Below are positions 38,773 through 52,299 of a stretch of 64,000 bases of DNA, piece by piece. The position numbers and the translations under genes are program-made. The stretch is from Raillietiella orientalis (lineage: Eukaryota), in NCBI GenBank assembly GCA_036172245.1, contig JAYWIR010000057.1, forward strand, positions 434,001 to 498,000. Direction: 5' to 3'. The notes under the pieces were generated by a model. It was not told the DNA's origin and ran no database searches. It worked only from the letters and a program-made list of their open reading frames with translations. Numbering within the stretch: position 1 is the stretch's first letter; each line of letters begins with the position of its first letter.

Positions 38773-41689
38773 GAGACCAAATATCTCAATTTGCATCATT
38801 TTTTTTGCAACTTTTTATACAAGCCAGTTGTGCTTTAGCATAATGGGTATATGATGTAAGCACATGAAGCAGAAAAAAGGAAGTACCATTGCATGGCACA
38901 CATATCCATCATATTTGTGAAAAAAGCTTGCTGCTCATGTGGAGCATCCAACAAAGAATGCCCAACTATCCAAGAATCATGTATGGAATAATTATTCTGA
39001 ACCAGATTTAATAGAATATTGTATTAAAACTGTTTTTATGAAATGCACAGTGTCGTTTTAACGAATGTTCAAAGTGGGTGTACAAGAAATTACACAAGTA
39101 TGCCAAAATTTTCGTTACTGAGTACCAACTACTCGTAGCAGCGTATGTGGCTGCTTCCTAATCATAAAGAAGACTTCTTTTAACGATGATTTTTGATTTG
39201 CACGTTATTCAGAAGATAAACGATCACTTTGTTTTTCTCAACTTTTCCAAGGCTCAGCGTGCACCTCATGGGTACATTTTTTCGTTCCATAGCGCTTTTT
39301 AAAGTTAATGCAGTGATAGCTGGATTGCAGTTTGCAGTATTTCAGTTTGCAGATTCTGAACAAGCTTTGTGAAAGCAAGTTTGGTAAAGCTGTGCACATG
39401 AGCAGTGCAGTCCAAACCAGGATCATTTGACTTTGTTGCAAGCTTTGTAGCTGACTGATAGGGACAGCTTCAAAGGACAGATATCGCGTTTACCATCTCG
39501 TTGGCTTTATTTTGTAGTAGTTTTTTAGTTTGGGCTGTTTCATTTGGTTTCACCGAAGCCGAATTTTTAAACAAGTGTGAAAGTTGGCTGAAAACTACAA
39601 GATTTTATTTATACAATCACACAAAATTAGAATTTTAGTTAATCTTAGGAAAAACGGCAGCCATGTCTATGTGGTGAAACAAACACCTCATCTTATGCAT
39701 TAGTTTGCTCGGATTCACGAAAATCAAATTCCCGGAGTTCAAAGAACATTTTATTTTTCTCTTGGCAAACTTTATTTTCGCCAAACTGACTGTATTTTCC
39801 AGTGAAGAATGAATCATGTTTTTTTCTTCTTCTTCGAGAACATTTTCCACGTCAAAGATTCTTCACGGATGGCTCTGTCGTAACTAACTTCGTATCTCCT
39901 ATTTATCTGTTTGAAAATGCTCATCAAATGCTATCTCTAATCATTTTTGGATCAGACTACATCGAATGACATCGAATTCTCTTTAGCGCCCGATTTTCTG
40001 ATTACGTTTTTATTATCATGAAATGATCCTTTACGATTAGGTACCACCACAAATTCTGTACGTGCCTCTTACTGTCCAATGGTGCTTAAAACATTCGATA
40101 AGGCTGATTGCAAAGATGCTTCGGACATCCATAAAAAGGTGGAGATTTCAGTCAGAGTGCTGTCGATTGCTTTGACCTGTCATCAATGCATTGGTTACTA
40201 ATAACCAGAGGTGATTTCAGATTCATACATAAACCCATATTTTCGCATAACAAAATATTTGGGGCACCTTCGAAAGGGTGTCAACCATGCATTCAAGCTG
40301 GAACCCCTCTCCATACAGGAAACAGGTAAACGTGAAGCAAGGCCATCGAGGGTGCACGTTGAAATTCTGAAAACTCCTCCTTCACTTAGGTCTTAGCCAA
40401 AAGACCAAGAAAACTCCTCCTTTCCATCTTTCATCCTAATGCGCTCAAATCTTTCCCATGTTGCTTATTCTTTTCCCAAAAGGCTATTGAAACGGTTTGT
40501 GTGCACAGCAAACTCTTCACCTTTCGTGTCCAATCTTTCCGCATTGGGGTCCCAATTTTCAACATCATCGAAGTCGTCGTCACATTGCTTATTTATTTTC
40601 TTCCATGCCTGCTAAAGAATTTTCTTTGTGCTGGTTTCACCAAAATTGGTTCGGCGTGAAGGATTTTCTTGAAATTACAAAAAGGAACCAAACCACCCTC
40701 TCTCCTCTTGAAGAGATCATTTCACTCGGCAGTTTTCAATATTATTTCGTTTTTTTTTTTTAACTTCCGGTCGCTTTCACTCGACCTCGAGTTCTGGACC
40801 TCGATAAGAAGATTCACATCTACTGTCCCCGACCCCTTGCCATGAGGGTGAGAAGCTTTTTCATCTTCGTCATCAGACGGAAGATTTACAAACGGATCGG
40901 CCTAACCTGTTTAAGTTCATAAACCCAGGGGACGATAGCGATGCTGAAAAGCATTGCAAAGTTCACATTCTGCAGGAAACAGAATAATTAAACGCCATAT
41001 CTCGCAAGAGTACAATGATCTCGCCGTATGCTGTTTCGAGAAATCAGATTCCCCCCTTTGCATACGATGGGAAGCCAAGAGACTCTGCTCTTTTATGATC
41101 TGCAACCAAGCTCTTAATATCATGCAGGACTAAGTGTAGAGACACACATCATGTAGGACCGATGCAACCTAATGCTGTTCAATTTTTCATTTCCCAGTCT
41201 GATTGCTTTGCGTTGCATGGTGAAGCATTTCGAGGGCAATCAGGGCTTGGAAGCTATGACTGATGGGAGTAACATACATGCCAAAAGACTGGGGCGCTAA
41301 CTCGTGCTGAATAGCCGAAAGAGAAACCTGAACCGGATTTTATGTGAGTTCTGTATAAATTTTCATTGCGCTATAAAAATTATTACTTTGAAATTTTCTT
41401 CGTAGGCACATGCAAATCAGCAACGAGCATAGAGACGGACTTGTTTCTACTTCATCTTTGGGGACAAGGAGTGAAGAGCTTTCGACATCCAGTCGTTCAA
41501 ATAATTAACTCGGAACGCTGGGAAATGCAAACTTTCATAACATTAGGTTTCATTAGTCCCATATGATGCGTCTCTACAATGAGTCCTTCATGATATTAAT
41601 GAAAATAAATGAAATTTTTACTAGAAGAAAGGGATGTGGAAAAAGCAGAACGATTTCAAGTGGAGCGTGGAAGGCGGGTGGGCCAACGC

Positions 41690-42147
41690 GCCCAGGTCGG
41701 CGGCTCTTTCCACGGTGTCGCGGTCGGACTTGTACTCGCGGTTCGCGATTTCCGTCCACAGCTTGCCGGCCCTCTCGACCAGATTCTTGGGCTTCCTCAG
41801 AAGCAGCTTCCGCAGCGCGACCTCGCGATTTGCAAACTCCTCCTCCGACATGTTCCGGAGGTACCTCTTGCGGAAAGAACGAAGTCGTGGACGCGCAGGA
41901 CCGCCGCCGAGCCTACTTGGAACCATCGCCAGAAGTATTGGATCCGTCGGTCCAGGAAAGCCGCATCCTTGTCCGATTGAATGGAGACGCGCAGCCCTTG
42001 CACGCAGTTCATTCTGCGGATGGACGAGAACACGATGTAACCCAGCTGCTCCTGAGGGACGACGAGCATCGTCAGTAAGATGGCAAGCAGGGGCAGCACC
42101 CGCCCCATTTTGGTGAGCAGGATGCTGTACGCGGGCTCCTGCAAGAT
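41690..42147 (-). pseudogene. Orphan fragment of an insulin-degrading enzyme (peptidase M16A) C-terminal region, GC-rich, retaining two introns
   Basis: Exons 42147-42109, 42051-41917 and 41866-~41700 give ILQEPAYSILLTK/EQLGYIVFSSIRRMNCVQGLRVSIQSDKDAAFLDRRIQYF/RYLRNMSEEEF...LLRKPKNLVERAGKLWTEIANREYKSDRDTVE. This matches the IDE pattern EP.F..LRTKEQLGYIV...QGLR..IQS...KPK.L.....YW.EI....Y.FDRD. The first donor reads AT instead of GT, and no other IDE exons were recognised in the flanks. Confidence 0.85.
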
Positions 42148-44669
42148 CTGTTTTCAACGAGCGTTCAAATTTATTTAAGTTTCATGGTGTTAGTAAAGAG
42201 GACAAAAGCGTTTGAAGAGTATCAGACAGCTTCCACACGAACCTATCGGTGTAGTAGCATACCCTGTCTTCAGTGATTTCTCTCTTCTAATTCGACGGTT
42301 GACAAAGAGAGAAAATCGGTCAGGTATACAAGGAAATTCTCAAACAGAAGGTTTCACCTTTGACATTTTGATACAATTAGGAAGAGTTTAGGCTCCGAAA
42401 TAGGGTGATTCATTGGGAAAATAGGCTTGTTATGGCGACTTTGATACTGTTGAAAAACTTACGATGAAACGGAAACTCCCAGAAAAAATACTCTGCATCA
42501 AAATGGTTGCAGCGGTTCGTGCTCAGCCACCTTCTCAGGCAGCTCTCAGAATGCCTCTGGTTAGAGCAGCTCTAGAGATCATTCAGCATCGATCAGTCAC
42601 TGGACTGGTCAGTGTTTCGAAGAAAAATTCACATATCTTTGAATTTCAACTGTCGCAGGCTAATTATTAGACCGAAGGAAAGGTTTGCTAAGATTCTCAA
42701 ACGTAACTTATGGAGTTTCAGTAGGTCACCTAGTGATGCAAAATGTTGGGGCATGACTGACCTCTGTGCGCGACGAAAAGCAGAGTAACATGAGAAAACT
42801 AGCCGGCGAACGTCAGCATAAGACTCTGTGAGAATGTTTTCCTGCTTCCGAACGAGCGCACCGGAATGTCTTTCCTCTTTTGGAGATGCTTGAATCCCAT
42901 CAGTCCTAAGCTGTGTAGGGTACATTGCGTACCTGGGGGAAGACTAACGCCCTCCCCTCATAGGTTCCATCGTTGCCAAATGGAAATGAAACTCCGTTTG
43001 ATACTCGGTTTCCTGATTCTTGCACAGGAAACGAAAAGTCTGACGGCGTTTCCTTGCCGAGGTGCGAACTTGGCTTCTTGTAGACTTCGTCAGGTCAAAA
43101 TTAGAGGCAAGGTGACCAGAACCCATCAACAGGCTTATGTATACACTTGATTTGCTGTACGTTCATTTTGGATCCGTCATCTATTGACGGTTTTTAGTTT
43201 AGGCAGTTTTTAGTTATTATTGACAGTTATTCACGCTTTATGCCACTTTTTGGTCACTCGCACAAAAATTCCTTTCAACTGTGGTTGTGTATAAAAGTTC
43301 GTCATTGCTGGCCTTCTAATTCCTCCAGTGATAAAAAAAAGAAGCATGTATTTGTATAAGAAGTGATTTCTATCACGAAGAATCCAGGCATTCCTTTCAC
43401 TTTTGGCAGACGGAAAACGGTTTTTTTCATAACGCAATCCTTCCGTTATCGTGTTCATCCCTACGAATTAGATTTGTACATTTTAGGTTCAGTGTGATCT
43501 TCCGATGGATCTGGTCCAATACGTTGAAAGGTTTCTTCATTCGAGACGCTTCTACTCGACTATTCCGCTTGAATAGCCTGGAAAGCTCGCGGCCGCCTTC
43601 TGTGAAGCTTAGGGGCTCTCTTCTCGAATCACACGTGGCTCACCGGAGCAGAGTTCGTTTCCATCCTTGGAAGCTTTGAGATCACCGTTCATTCAAGGTG
43701 ATGCTCTCTCGTTTAGGCAGGAAGGCAAGGGGTGCATTTCGCTGATTCGAACATCTGATTCTAATTCCAAGCTTTTCATCCATGATCTTGGCTGCTCATC
43801 TGTACACTTGCATTCCGGTCCAGAACCGTTGCAACTTTGCATAGCTTGTCTTACAGATGCGAACTGTTCCAAGCACGGGTTCGCTACTCTCCACAGCCCC
43901 AATGCGTTGTCCAGTCTTCTCTCCAGGCTGAGTTGCCCTTCACAACATGGATCTCTGCTTCTGGAGGAATGTTTTTTTTCAGTTGCCTGGATACCGCCAC
44001 CATAACACTTAGCGTTGCCACAAGGATTGAGCGCCGCTATTTGCATGAGTACAACCTTAATCTAGATGTGAACTATGATGGAGGAAGAGAACAAGTACTC
44101 CGCGATGCGGGGTACGGCTGACGACTGCAATGGTTCATGCAAGAAACCATCGACAGTAGGCTACCAACTGAGCTGCCAATGACTATTCAACACAGAAAAT
44201 TGCCATGCGGTCGTTCCAGGCTACTAATGGCTCAAGATTTCCCTGCTCCGGACAGGGGCTGTGTGGCTGTGGTCTCTGCGCATGGCATCGAGCGTCGCGG
44301 GTTCGATCCCTCACGGGGAAGGACTGACGCCGAGAACGGAGGGTGCGTCGCGGGGTTTCGATTCTCCTCCCCCTCAGGATGGCGCTGATTAGCCTGTAGG
44401 CTTCGGGTATGGCACAGGCGGCAGCCGAATGCTTCCACTGAGTGGCCGGGATTGGAAGTTCATCCTCGAGGTCCTTCTAGGAATGAAGGAGCCGGTTACT
44501 TTCAGGGTTGTGAAATGCAGCCATCTTCCCCCTCCCCCCCTCCCTCCTTTGGAGGGCAACACTCCATCGCGTGCCATGGGGCTGGTTGATACCCTCATCT
44601 GGGGGTTGCCTCTCCAGAGTGTAAGATGAGCTCTGCTCCCATCGGTGAACGGACTCTTCAGAGAAATTG

Positions 44670-44955
44670 GGAAGCATCCCTTCGGGGTTCTCTTCAGAGG
44701 AGGAAACCAGGAGAGGATCCCTTCCGGAGGTTACCTCCAGAGAAGAAATTCCAGGAGCGACTCCTTCCGGATTTTTTTTGGAAGAGAAATGAAGAGTAGC
44801 TCCTTAGGATGGTCCCTCCAGAGAGGATCAAGAAGAGATTCCCTTCAGAGACAACCAGAGCTAGGGTTCCCTTCCAAGCATGAGAGGAACGGACTTTTTC
44901 CTCCGGAGCCTTCCTGGATTCATAGGACGATCCCTCCGGGGTTACCCTCCATAAC
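44670..44955. repeat. Degenerate ~40-bp tandem repeat (minisatellite-like)
   Basis: Units such as atcccttcggggttctcttcagaggaggaaaccaggagagg / atcccttccggaggttacctccagagaagaaattccaggagcg / actccttccgga... recur about 5-6 times with decay. Confidence 0.55.
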
Positions 44956-46449
44956 TTGAACAGTCACACGCACCCCCGGGCGGCGCGGACAGTGTCGAAA
45001 GAGCTGCGTGAACCTCCCCTAAGGAGGCGTTCAGCACTCCTTAAGAACTACAAAAAAAAAAATGTGGTAGGAACGAAAGGAGAAAAAATGACTCAAGATG
45101 TTCATCGCATCAAGAAGGTTCTCACCTATGCGGGAAAGTATACCTTGGATCCGTGAAAATCTAAAGCGGCCCTTTGCTGCATGCAAGGGCGACATTCGGT
45201 TGCTTCCTGACACGTGAGAGGAATCAATGAAGAATCCCAGACCGCAGAGAACTTTGCAAAAGCGCAGTCCATCGAGAGGACTTCCTGACCGAACTTCAAA
45301 ACTCTTGAGGTGAAGAGAATCTTCTCTTGGTCCAGATCAAAACAGGAATCTCGTTTTCAAACAGAGGCAACCCTATCGATTCCATCAGGAATCTTCCTGT
45401 CCTTGAGATTCCGCTTCTCCGCCTTCGAGGCCCTGCTGCTCTGGAGAGGCTTCTCCAGCATGTCAGAGTCCCTCACTACCTAACTGCATCCTCCCTCTAA
45501 GGATCATCTGCAGGCAAAATTTCCATCTGGGGCAGACGGAATCATTGTGACCTCTTAGCCATTTCGTGTTGGTGAATAAACTTTTATTCCACGTTGTTTC
45601 AGCCACTCTGTCGTTCATACCCCCATCAGTGAGTCCTTATTGTCCGTCAGCTTACAAAGAGCTCGGACTCTGGGTTGAATGGAAATGTTTGGGTCCTCCC
45701 TTGGCTGACTCTTTCTCTTTGAAGCTATTCTTCATCCCTGCAGGATTTCACGAAATATCTGCCATCCTTTGCTTCCTCTCCTCACAACATCAAATCTGCC
45801 TTTTAACCAACGTTCGTCATGTTTACTTTGAACCTCCACTAATCTCTATTTGCAGTGTAGAGGTCACTTTTCACACAAGTCAGCGTTAGAAGTCAAGATG
45901 TTTTAGAAGGCTGAATAGAAATCTGGATGGTTCTACATGTTTACTGGTTCCAAGCAGCCTGAAAAGCTGCTTAAGAAACGATGTTGCTTGAAGGGCAAGG
46001 GTGCTGGTAGGTTCTGTTTTTTTTCTTTTCAACACGCAAGGTGGCTTTTCACGAGGCTCTTGCAATGCCTCCGATGCTTGAAGTAATCTGGCATGTTTGC
46101 AGTATTCCCTTTAGTCTTGTACCTGTCATTTGAAGCCCTAATCTCATGTGACATCTGTCAGTCCTCAGTCTAGGAAAAATCTGTTCTACATCCGAGCAAA
46201 ACCGAATGCTTTTCCTTCTAGGTCTTGCGACTTTCGGAACTCGAAGTCGAAAATCCGATATCATCAGCGGAATCGAGTTTCTCTTTTAATGAGAGGTCGG
46301 GTTTTGATGCAGCCAACTCAGATTGGAGGTGTTACGTAAGGCGGGCAACTTATGAAAACACGAAATCCGACCCCTTTTCCTCCCTTTTCTTGAAGCGTCT
46401 GAAGCGAAAGCGGAGATCTTCGTGGAGGTTTTCCGATTGCGCTGCTCGT

Positions 46450-48900
46450 GCAACCTTTGTCCCAGCCCTGAGAGTCTGACTTTGGTATTCTTTAGGAGAC
46501 AAAGGAATTCTTTCTTACCAGGTGCTTCCACAAGCAAACTGGATTCATCACCGACTTCGATCCACACAGTTCAAAAAGCCGATCTGGGTCATCTGGTATT
46601 TCCTGAGCTTTTCAGCTGTTCTGGAGCTCTCACGGTGGGTCGGAATCCCTACCTTGGACGTCGTGTTTAACTTAATCCTTACACTGTCGAGGATCTCTTT
46701 CGGACGTCGTCAGCTGCTCTGCAGGAGGTCGTTCTCCCATTTTGTATTCTTTTATTTTTTTTCTCCTGTATACGTGTAGTAAGGTTGGACTTCAAGTAGC
46801 TAGGCAACGACAAAGCGGCTTTAGCTAACTGGGTCACTGCATTGATTTGACAAAGGCCAATTCTCATTTACTGTATCGTACCTCAGTAACTATTGGATGA
46901 ACACGTCAGCTCATTAACTTTCGAGTAAAGAAAAATGAACGTCTAGGGTAGGACTCAGGTAATTAACGATTGAAAGAGCTTTCAGCTTCATCTCCTACAA
47001 CGCCCACACTTTTATCTGTTATTGCGAGTTCCTTAAATTCCATTGAGAGCACTCCATTTCCAAGTTACGCTTTCAAAGGCTTCTCCATTCATGGTCCGCT
47101 GCAGGAGGATGAAATCCAAGTTCTTAAAAGGCTGAGGTCCCTGCAATAGCGGGTTATAAAAGAATAATGAAATAAAAAACGAACAAATGAAAAAAAGGAA
47201 AAAAGAAAATTTGGTATATGAAACAGGTCACAACCAATCCTGCCTGTAATGAGGGAGAGTTGCGGCGAGACTGTCTCTTTGGCGCATATGCCGATGACTT
47301 GGATACTGCGGATCCCAAAGAGAATTTAAGAAACAGTGTACGCCATTTTGAGTCTGCTCGAGAGGACTGGTTTAGCAATGAATGCTTCCAAATGCTCCTG
47401 TCTTTTCTAATGTGGAAAGACTCCTCGAGGTGTGAGATTACTGTACTTGACTGTCAGCAGTGGTTCAACTCTCAACATCAATATATCAGAGACCTGCAAG
47501 AATCTAGGAAGACCGTTTAGGATTGCAATGCTCGAGATTCCGCCTTCTAAGGAAGGAATTTTTGCCAAAGCCGAATGCACCCTTTCAGCTTGTAAAAAAA
47601 TTCATGCTATGAAAGCCTCCTTTTCCTCAGTCTTCTACACTACGAGAGATAGGGAACGCATAAGAAAGAGAACCGGAAGAATGTGGATAAGCAAATAAGA
47701 CGGATGACCGAGACACTGTTGTACTCCCTGTCCAGGGTAGCCAATGGATACTTCTACGAGGGAGAAAAAACGGGTTGCCAGATGGTCACATGGAGCTGTC
47801 AGATAGTGGCTTCTAGTTATTCTCCTCACCAGAGGGTGCCCATCGAAACATGAGTCCAAGAAACTCTCCATGAGGCAGTGTTGAAGAAAATTCTTTTGTC
47901 ACCTACGGAGGATGATCTTGGTGAGTTTACGTCGGGCGACGCATCTGAAAATTTTTCCAGAAGAAGCGGGGACATACGAAGCTTACGGACCACCGGAAGA
48001 CGAGCTTCGTTCAGATCCGAAGCTGCTTGGAATTTTCTAGGAGAAGGAACCGGCAATTGAAGTCAACCAAAGGAATTTAATACTGCATGGGGAGAAAATT
48101 TTCCACGTTTGCAAGAGTTGATGCGCTACTCGAGGAAGCATGGCAATCCCTGGCAAAGAATTATCTGGATCAAGGAAAAACCATGTTCTGTGTCGCACTG
48201 CATAGGTCTTCAAGGTATTTGCTCACAAATGAGAACCTACCTGAGATTTGAGAACCATAGAGTCATCTACGCCGTAAGGCTAAATCCGCTTCCCATAAGA
48301 GGAGCTGCCAGAAGGAGAGCAGCTGATCGCTCGTGTTGTCATGTGGCCCGCGGAACGAGACGCTGACGAATTACCGCTGCATTAGACGTTCTCGTCTGTA
48401 CACGATCACTCACATATGGTCGTGGATTATAGCAACAGCGGTAGAAACGGCAAGGTGGAAAGTGGTGTCAAAGAAACTGGTGTCCCTGGTCTTGATTCAA
48501 CCCTGAAGACCCATCTGGTGTAACAGAAGGACAAGAGGATGGTAGTGCTGCACTCCTTCGAGAATGGAAAAGAAGTCCTCAGCATCGCCAAGAATACCAA
48601 TATCCAAAGATGTTGCCAATCGGCCATCCAAAGGAGGAGTCGATTTCAAGGTCCTGAGTTGGGAACTTGGGATCCCAGAAACGAAACTGTCCTCCGTAAA
48701 CTGCTTGTGTACGCAGTTAATGTACGCAGAGGCAGCTCATGGATGCCTGGAGCATTCGCCACTGCATTCTCTTCACCGATGTTAATGGACACATTGGCAT
48801 CAACGAGTGCCAGATGATTCCCAAAATCCGCAACAAACCTCATGCGACGGAGAATTTCATGCACAAAGAGGCACAGTTAGTTACCTGCTGGTGTTGGCCG
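46450..48900 (+). mobile_element. Decayed R2-group (NeSL/Utopia-like) non-LTR retrotransposon: RT plus CCHC plus restriction-like endonuclease
   Basis: Colinear motifs across stops and frameshifts: ERAFSFISY (cf. KAFDSVSH) ~46970; AYADDL (YADD at 47287-47298); ETCKNLG (cf. YKYLG) ~47490; RLNPLPIRG...RSCCH...NETL (CCHC region) ~48280-48365; STLKTHLV (cf. LRPDLV); SFEN (cf. PFEN) 48554-48565; LGTWDPRNETVLRKL 48659-48705. Confidence 0.7.
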
Positions 48901-49039
48901 AATGGTCACGCATGCTGTAATGTCGTATACAACAGGAGAAACAGGTTCCTGAACTTCTGAACTAGATGGAGTTGATCGAAAGACAATCACAAAACAATAT
49001 CGGATCAGGCCGAACGGTGGGTCACGGCGGACGAGGAAA

Positions 49040-50430
49040 GCAGCGAGAAGCGTGACTGCCGAAGATTCGGAAATATCCCGGGAGGCTTCCCGGAGCCTCC
49101 CTCTTCGACCGGACGCTTCGGGAAGAGCACATTCTCGTTTCCTGTCGTCCACAGAGTTCGTTTCCCGAGCCTGCTTCTTTTTTTTCCCCTTTTAAGAGCA
49201 CCCTGAACTGGGAGCGACAGACGAAAACAGGAAGCCTCGTTCGGGGCAAGAATGAACGCACTTTGGGAAAGAGGGACGGAGGAAAGCGAAAACGATGCAC
49301 GGTACTGGAAGGATCTGGCCCTTCCAAGACGACTTTGCCGCGATCTGGAAAGGAGAGCATCGGCAACCAATCCCTCTGCGTCTGAAGAGAATCGGGATGC
49401 AAGTGCAGTTCCGAATACTGGTGCTCTGTGCCAAGCTGTGGACTTCCCCGCTCTGTGTGCCCGCACGTCTCATCCTTTGGGGATGAGCCGGCAGCAAAGA
49501 ATCGCTCTCAATGCTGCGGAGCACCCGTTACAGGAAGTGGGGATTCGGTTTCCCCCTGAGGCAACTCATCTCCCTAGTGGAAGCCCAGTCATGGATCTCC
49601 TGCCTCCCGATAAAGTTTAATGCCTGAGGGCAGGATATTGTTGAGTCCTGGGCTGTATTCCAGGAAATGTGCCTGGAGGATCTCTGCCTCCTGCGACACT
49701 TTCATGACCTTTGGAAGTGGTGATGCAGGACACAGTAAAGTGGTTAACGTAGTCGACTCTGGCCACCACACTCTTTGTCGCAGCGCTGTCTGCCCTGAAG
49801 ACAAGTGACGACATCTGCCAACTGGCGAGGTTGGAGTTTTCCTGCACCATCGCAGGGAAAGACGGAACTCCTTGGCGGCTGGGAGATGCGCGAGTTGGTG
49901 GATGCTTCCACTTTGCGTACCCTGGCGACGAAACCCCTTCGGTGGAGTGAACTTCTGAGTGCTGCCCCTCTCCAATGCCTGGACGCTTCTGTGTTTCCAC
50001 TCTCCTGAAAACAGGCTGTAATGCTCTTCCTGAGGTGGGATTCCAGTGCAACGAGCACAGGCACCCTCGTTTCCGCAGAGGCTGCATCCCCGAACTGTTC
50101 CAGGTGAGAATCGGAGAAGTCGATCCCACACCTGCTTTTGGACTACAGTGCTCTCTGGAAGCTGTAACGGAGGCTGGAGTCAGCGCTACTGCACCAGGCG
50201 AATGCCGTCCGCGATCTGCCGCTCCGGGAGGACTTTCGACGGGCGCGCTGATCGCAACCATCGCAGTGCCGTTGCTACGGCCCGCCATGTCCTGGAGACG
50301 ACGACGCAGTGGAGGGAGGTCGCCGGAATGGCAACCGCCTACATGAGGACGGCTGCAAGGTGGCTTCAGCAGCAAGAGAAAGTGAAGGAGGAGATCGCCT
50401 GCATCCAGAGCCGGTTTTGAAGCGAAGGAA
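49040..50430 (+). mobile_element. Decayed L1/Tx1-like LINE ORF2 C-terminal part
   Basis: KIRKYPGRLPGASLFDRTL (cf. L..LSL.GR.L), KDLALP (cf. GGL.LP), a degenerate C-terminal Cys/His region and MSWRRR. Many frameshifts. Confidence 0.4.
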
Positions 50431-51099
50431 CGGTGGACATTGGTGACCCTTGTCTCCAGCCTCTCTTTTGATTTTTTTGGTTGTCTCATTCCCCACTCCT
50501 TTTCACTTCGAATTTTTCCTGGTTTTTATTCATTGATCCTAGTTGATTGTGCACGAAGCAAACCCAACGACCCATCCCTCTGGATTTCCTCTTTTTTTTG
50601 TAGTCCCTCCTCCCCTCTCTCATTCCGGAATTTTGGATATCGGAGCAGTAGCAGAACGGACACGAAAGACTCCATTGGTTTTCAGTGCCACCGAAGATAA
50701 CTAAATCAGCATCTGATGAAGAACCCGCTCGGATTTTCCGCGTTATGTGAAGACTTGCCATGTGCACTTAGGGTGATGCCTTTTGGGAATCTGATTGAGA
50801 AAAGAGCAAGTGGCACAGGAAGGAGCAGCTCAAAGAATAGAGCCAAAAAGTCTCCGGAATCACAAAACGCGAGAGGATCAGAGCCAAGGATGCTTCTGCA
50901 GAATTGCAAAACTGCAGACCTATATCAAAAAAAGAAGAAAAAAGAGAGAAAAAACCCACGGCAAAGAACAGAGAGGATTTTTTGAAAGGCAAAAAGGTAG
51001 CAGGAGGAAGAATTTTGTTTTCGATCTTCCTCAAGTCAAATTTTCATTTTCTGAACCCCAGATGGCGATGCCTACCTTTGCTTTCCTCTGAGAGGTGCT

Positions 51100-51800
51100 C
51101 CTGAATGGACAAAATGCCATTCCCTGAGTTTAAGTATGGATGACTTATCCCCTACGAGACAATTGAATACAGATCGACGATTCGGCATCTCGAGTTTCCG
51201 AAGAGGAAAGGAAGCGACAGAAGGCCATTATGGTTCTCAATGAGAAACCTGTAATTGTATCTATAGGATAATTGTACAGACAACTGCACTATACGGACTG
51301 ATCTATGAATCTGAATACTCGAGACTGTGGTCTGTAGAGTAAGGAACCGAAGGTGTTTTTCGAGAGTGCGGATCGGAACACAGGATATGAACCAAAAAGC
51401 AGTTTGTTCCTGGTGAGGAGTTCAGAAAATTCCCAGATTTTTCCGTCCTCCTGTGACGGGCACCTGTTTTCAGCAATCAAGAGGTCAGTGTTGAGAAAAT
51501 CAGAAGACTCTCCAAGATACCCATGCATATTCATCTACGAGGAACGAGGAACTGTCGACAGTCAAGTAAACTACAACATAAAATGACTTATCCGACCATT
51601 GACTTTTCACTTCCATCAGATGGACATGGTTCCATTTCACACCTGGAAGTGCACAAAAAGCAAGCCGTCGCTGATGCTGTATGCGTATAAGTTTGTTAGG
51701 AAGCTCCCCATTCTGCTAACCAGAACCATTCAGCGTCACCAGAATTTCTTAATACTTAACGGGAAAAACGAACTCAAGATGAGATTCGGCGGATACGTTC
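51100..51800 (+). mobile_element. Decayed Jockey/I-like LINE fragment
   Basis: NYNIK*LIRPLTF (cf. IYK.LIRP.L.Y) near 51570-51610. Weak support. Confidence 0.3.
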
Positions 51801-52299
51801 ATCGCTTTCGGAGACTGGAGATGATACAGCAGCAGCAATTATGTATAATCACTGTTTGACTTCTTCCGGTACTTCTCGTATTCAACGTCGGCGATTATAT
51901 GAACGATCTCTTTTCTTGCGAATGGAAGCTGGAAAGACTCACGATGGCAAACAGCACGAAAGTGAAAGAGAGCACCATTCATGACAGTTGTTTTGCTGCA
52001 AACTGTTCACAAATAGCTCTCTTTGACTGTCAGCATATGCAGATTTGGAATTCACTAATCTTTGATAGAAGGAATCGCGGGTCGTACATCGGTCGCATCT
52101 GGAATGAATGCAACCTCCTCTGCCGAACGCAGCGGCGGAAATAAGGACTGAAATGCCCCACCGGCTTACTGCGAAGTCGAAACTTCGCCGACCACTCACC
52201 CACCGCTGCATCTTAAGAAATTCGCTCCCCTGGGCTACTAGTTTTACCACTTTCTTTCCGGAGGGGCAGTCTCTAGCACTTCTCGAGGGTGCGGATTTG

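Noticed and set aside
45408..45432. ccgcttctccgccttcg loosely like the U2 snRNA 5' end (Utopia target)
   Set aside because: Short and mismatched, and the following U2 sequence is absent; consistent with chance.
49617..50489. 290-aa ORF on the minus strand
   Set aside because: Antisense to a decayed Tx1-like segment; no domain recognised.
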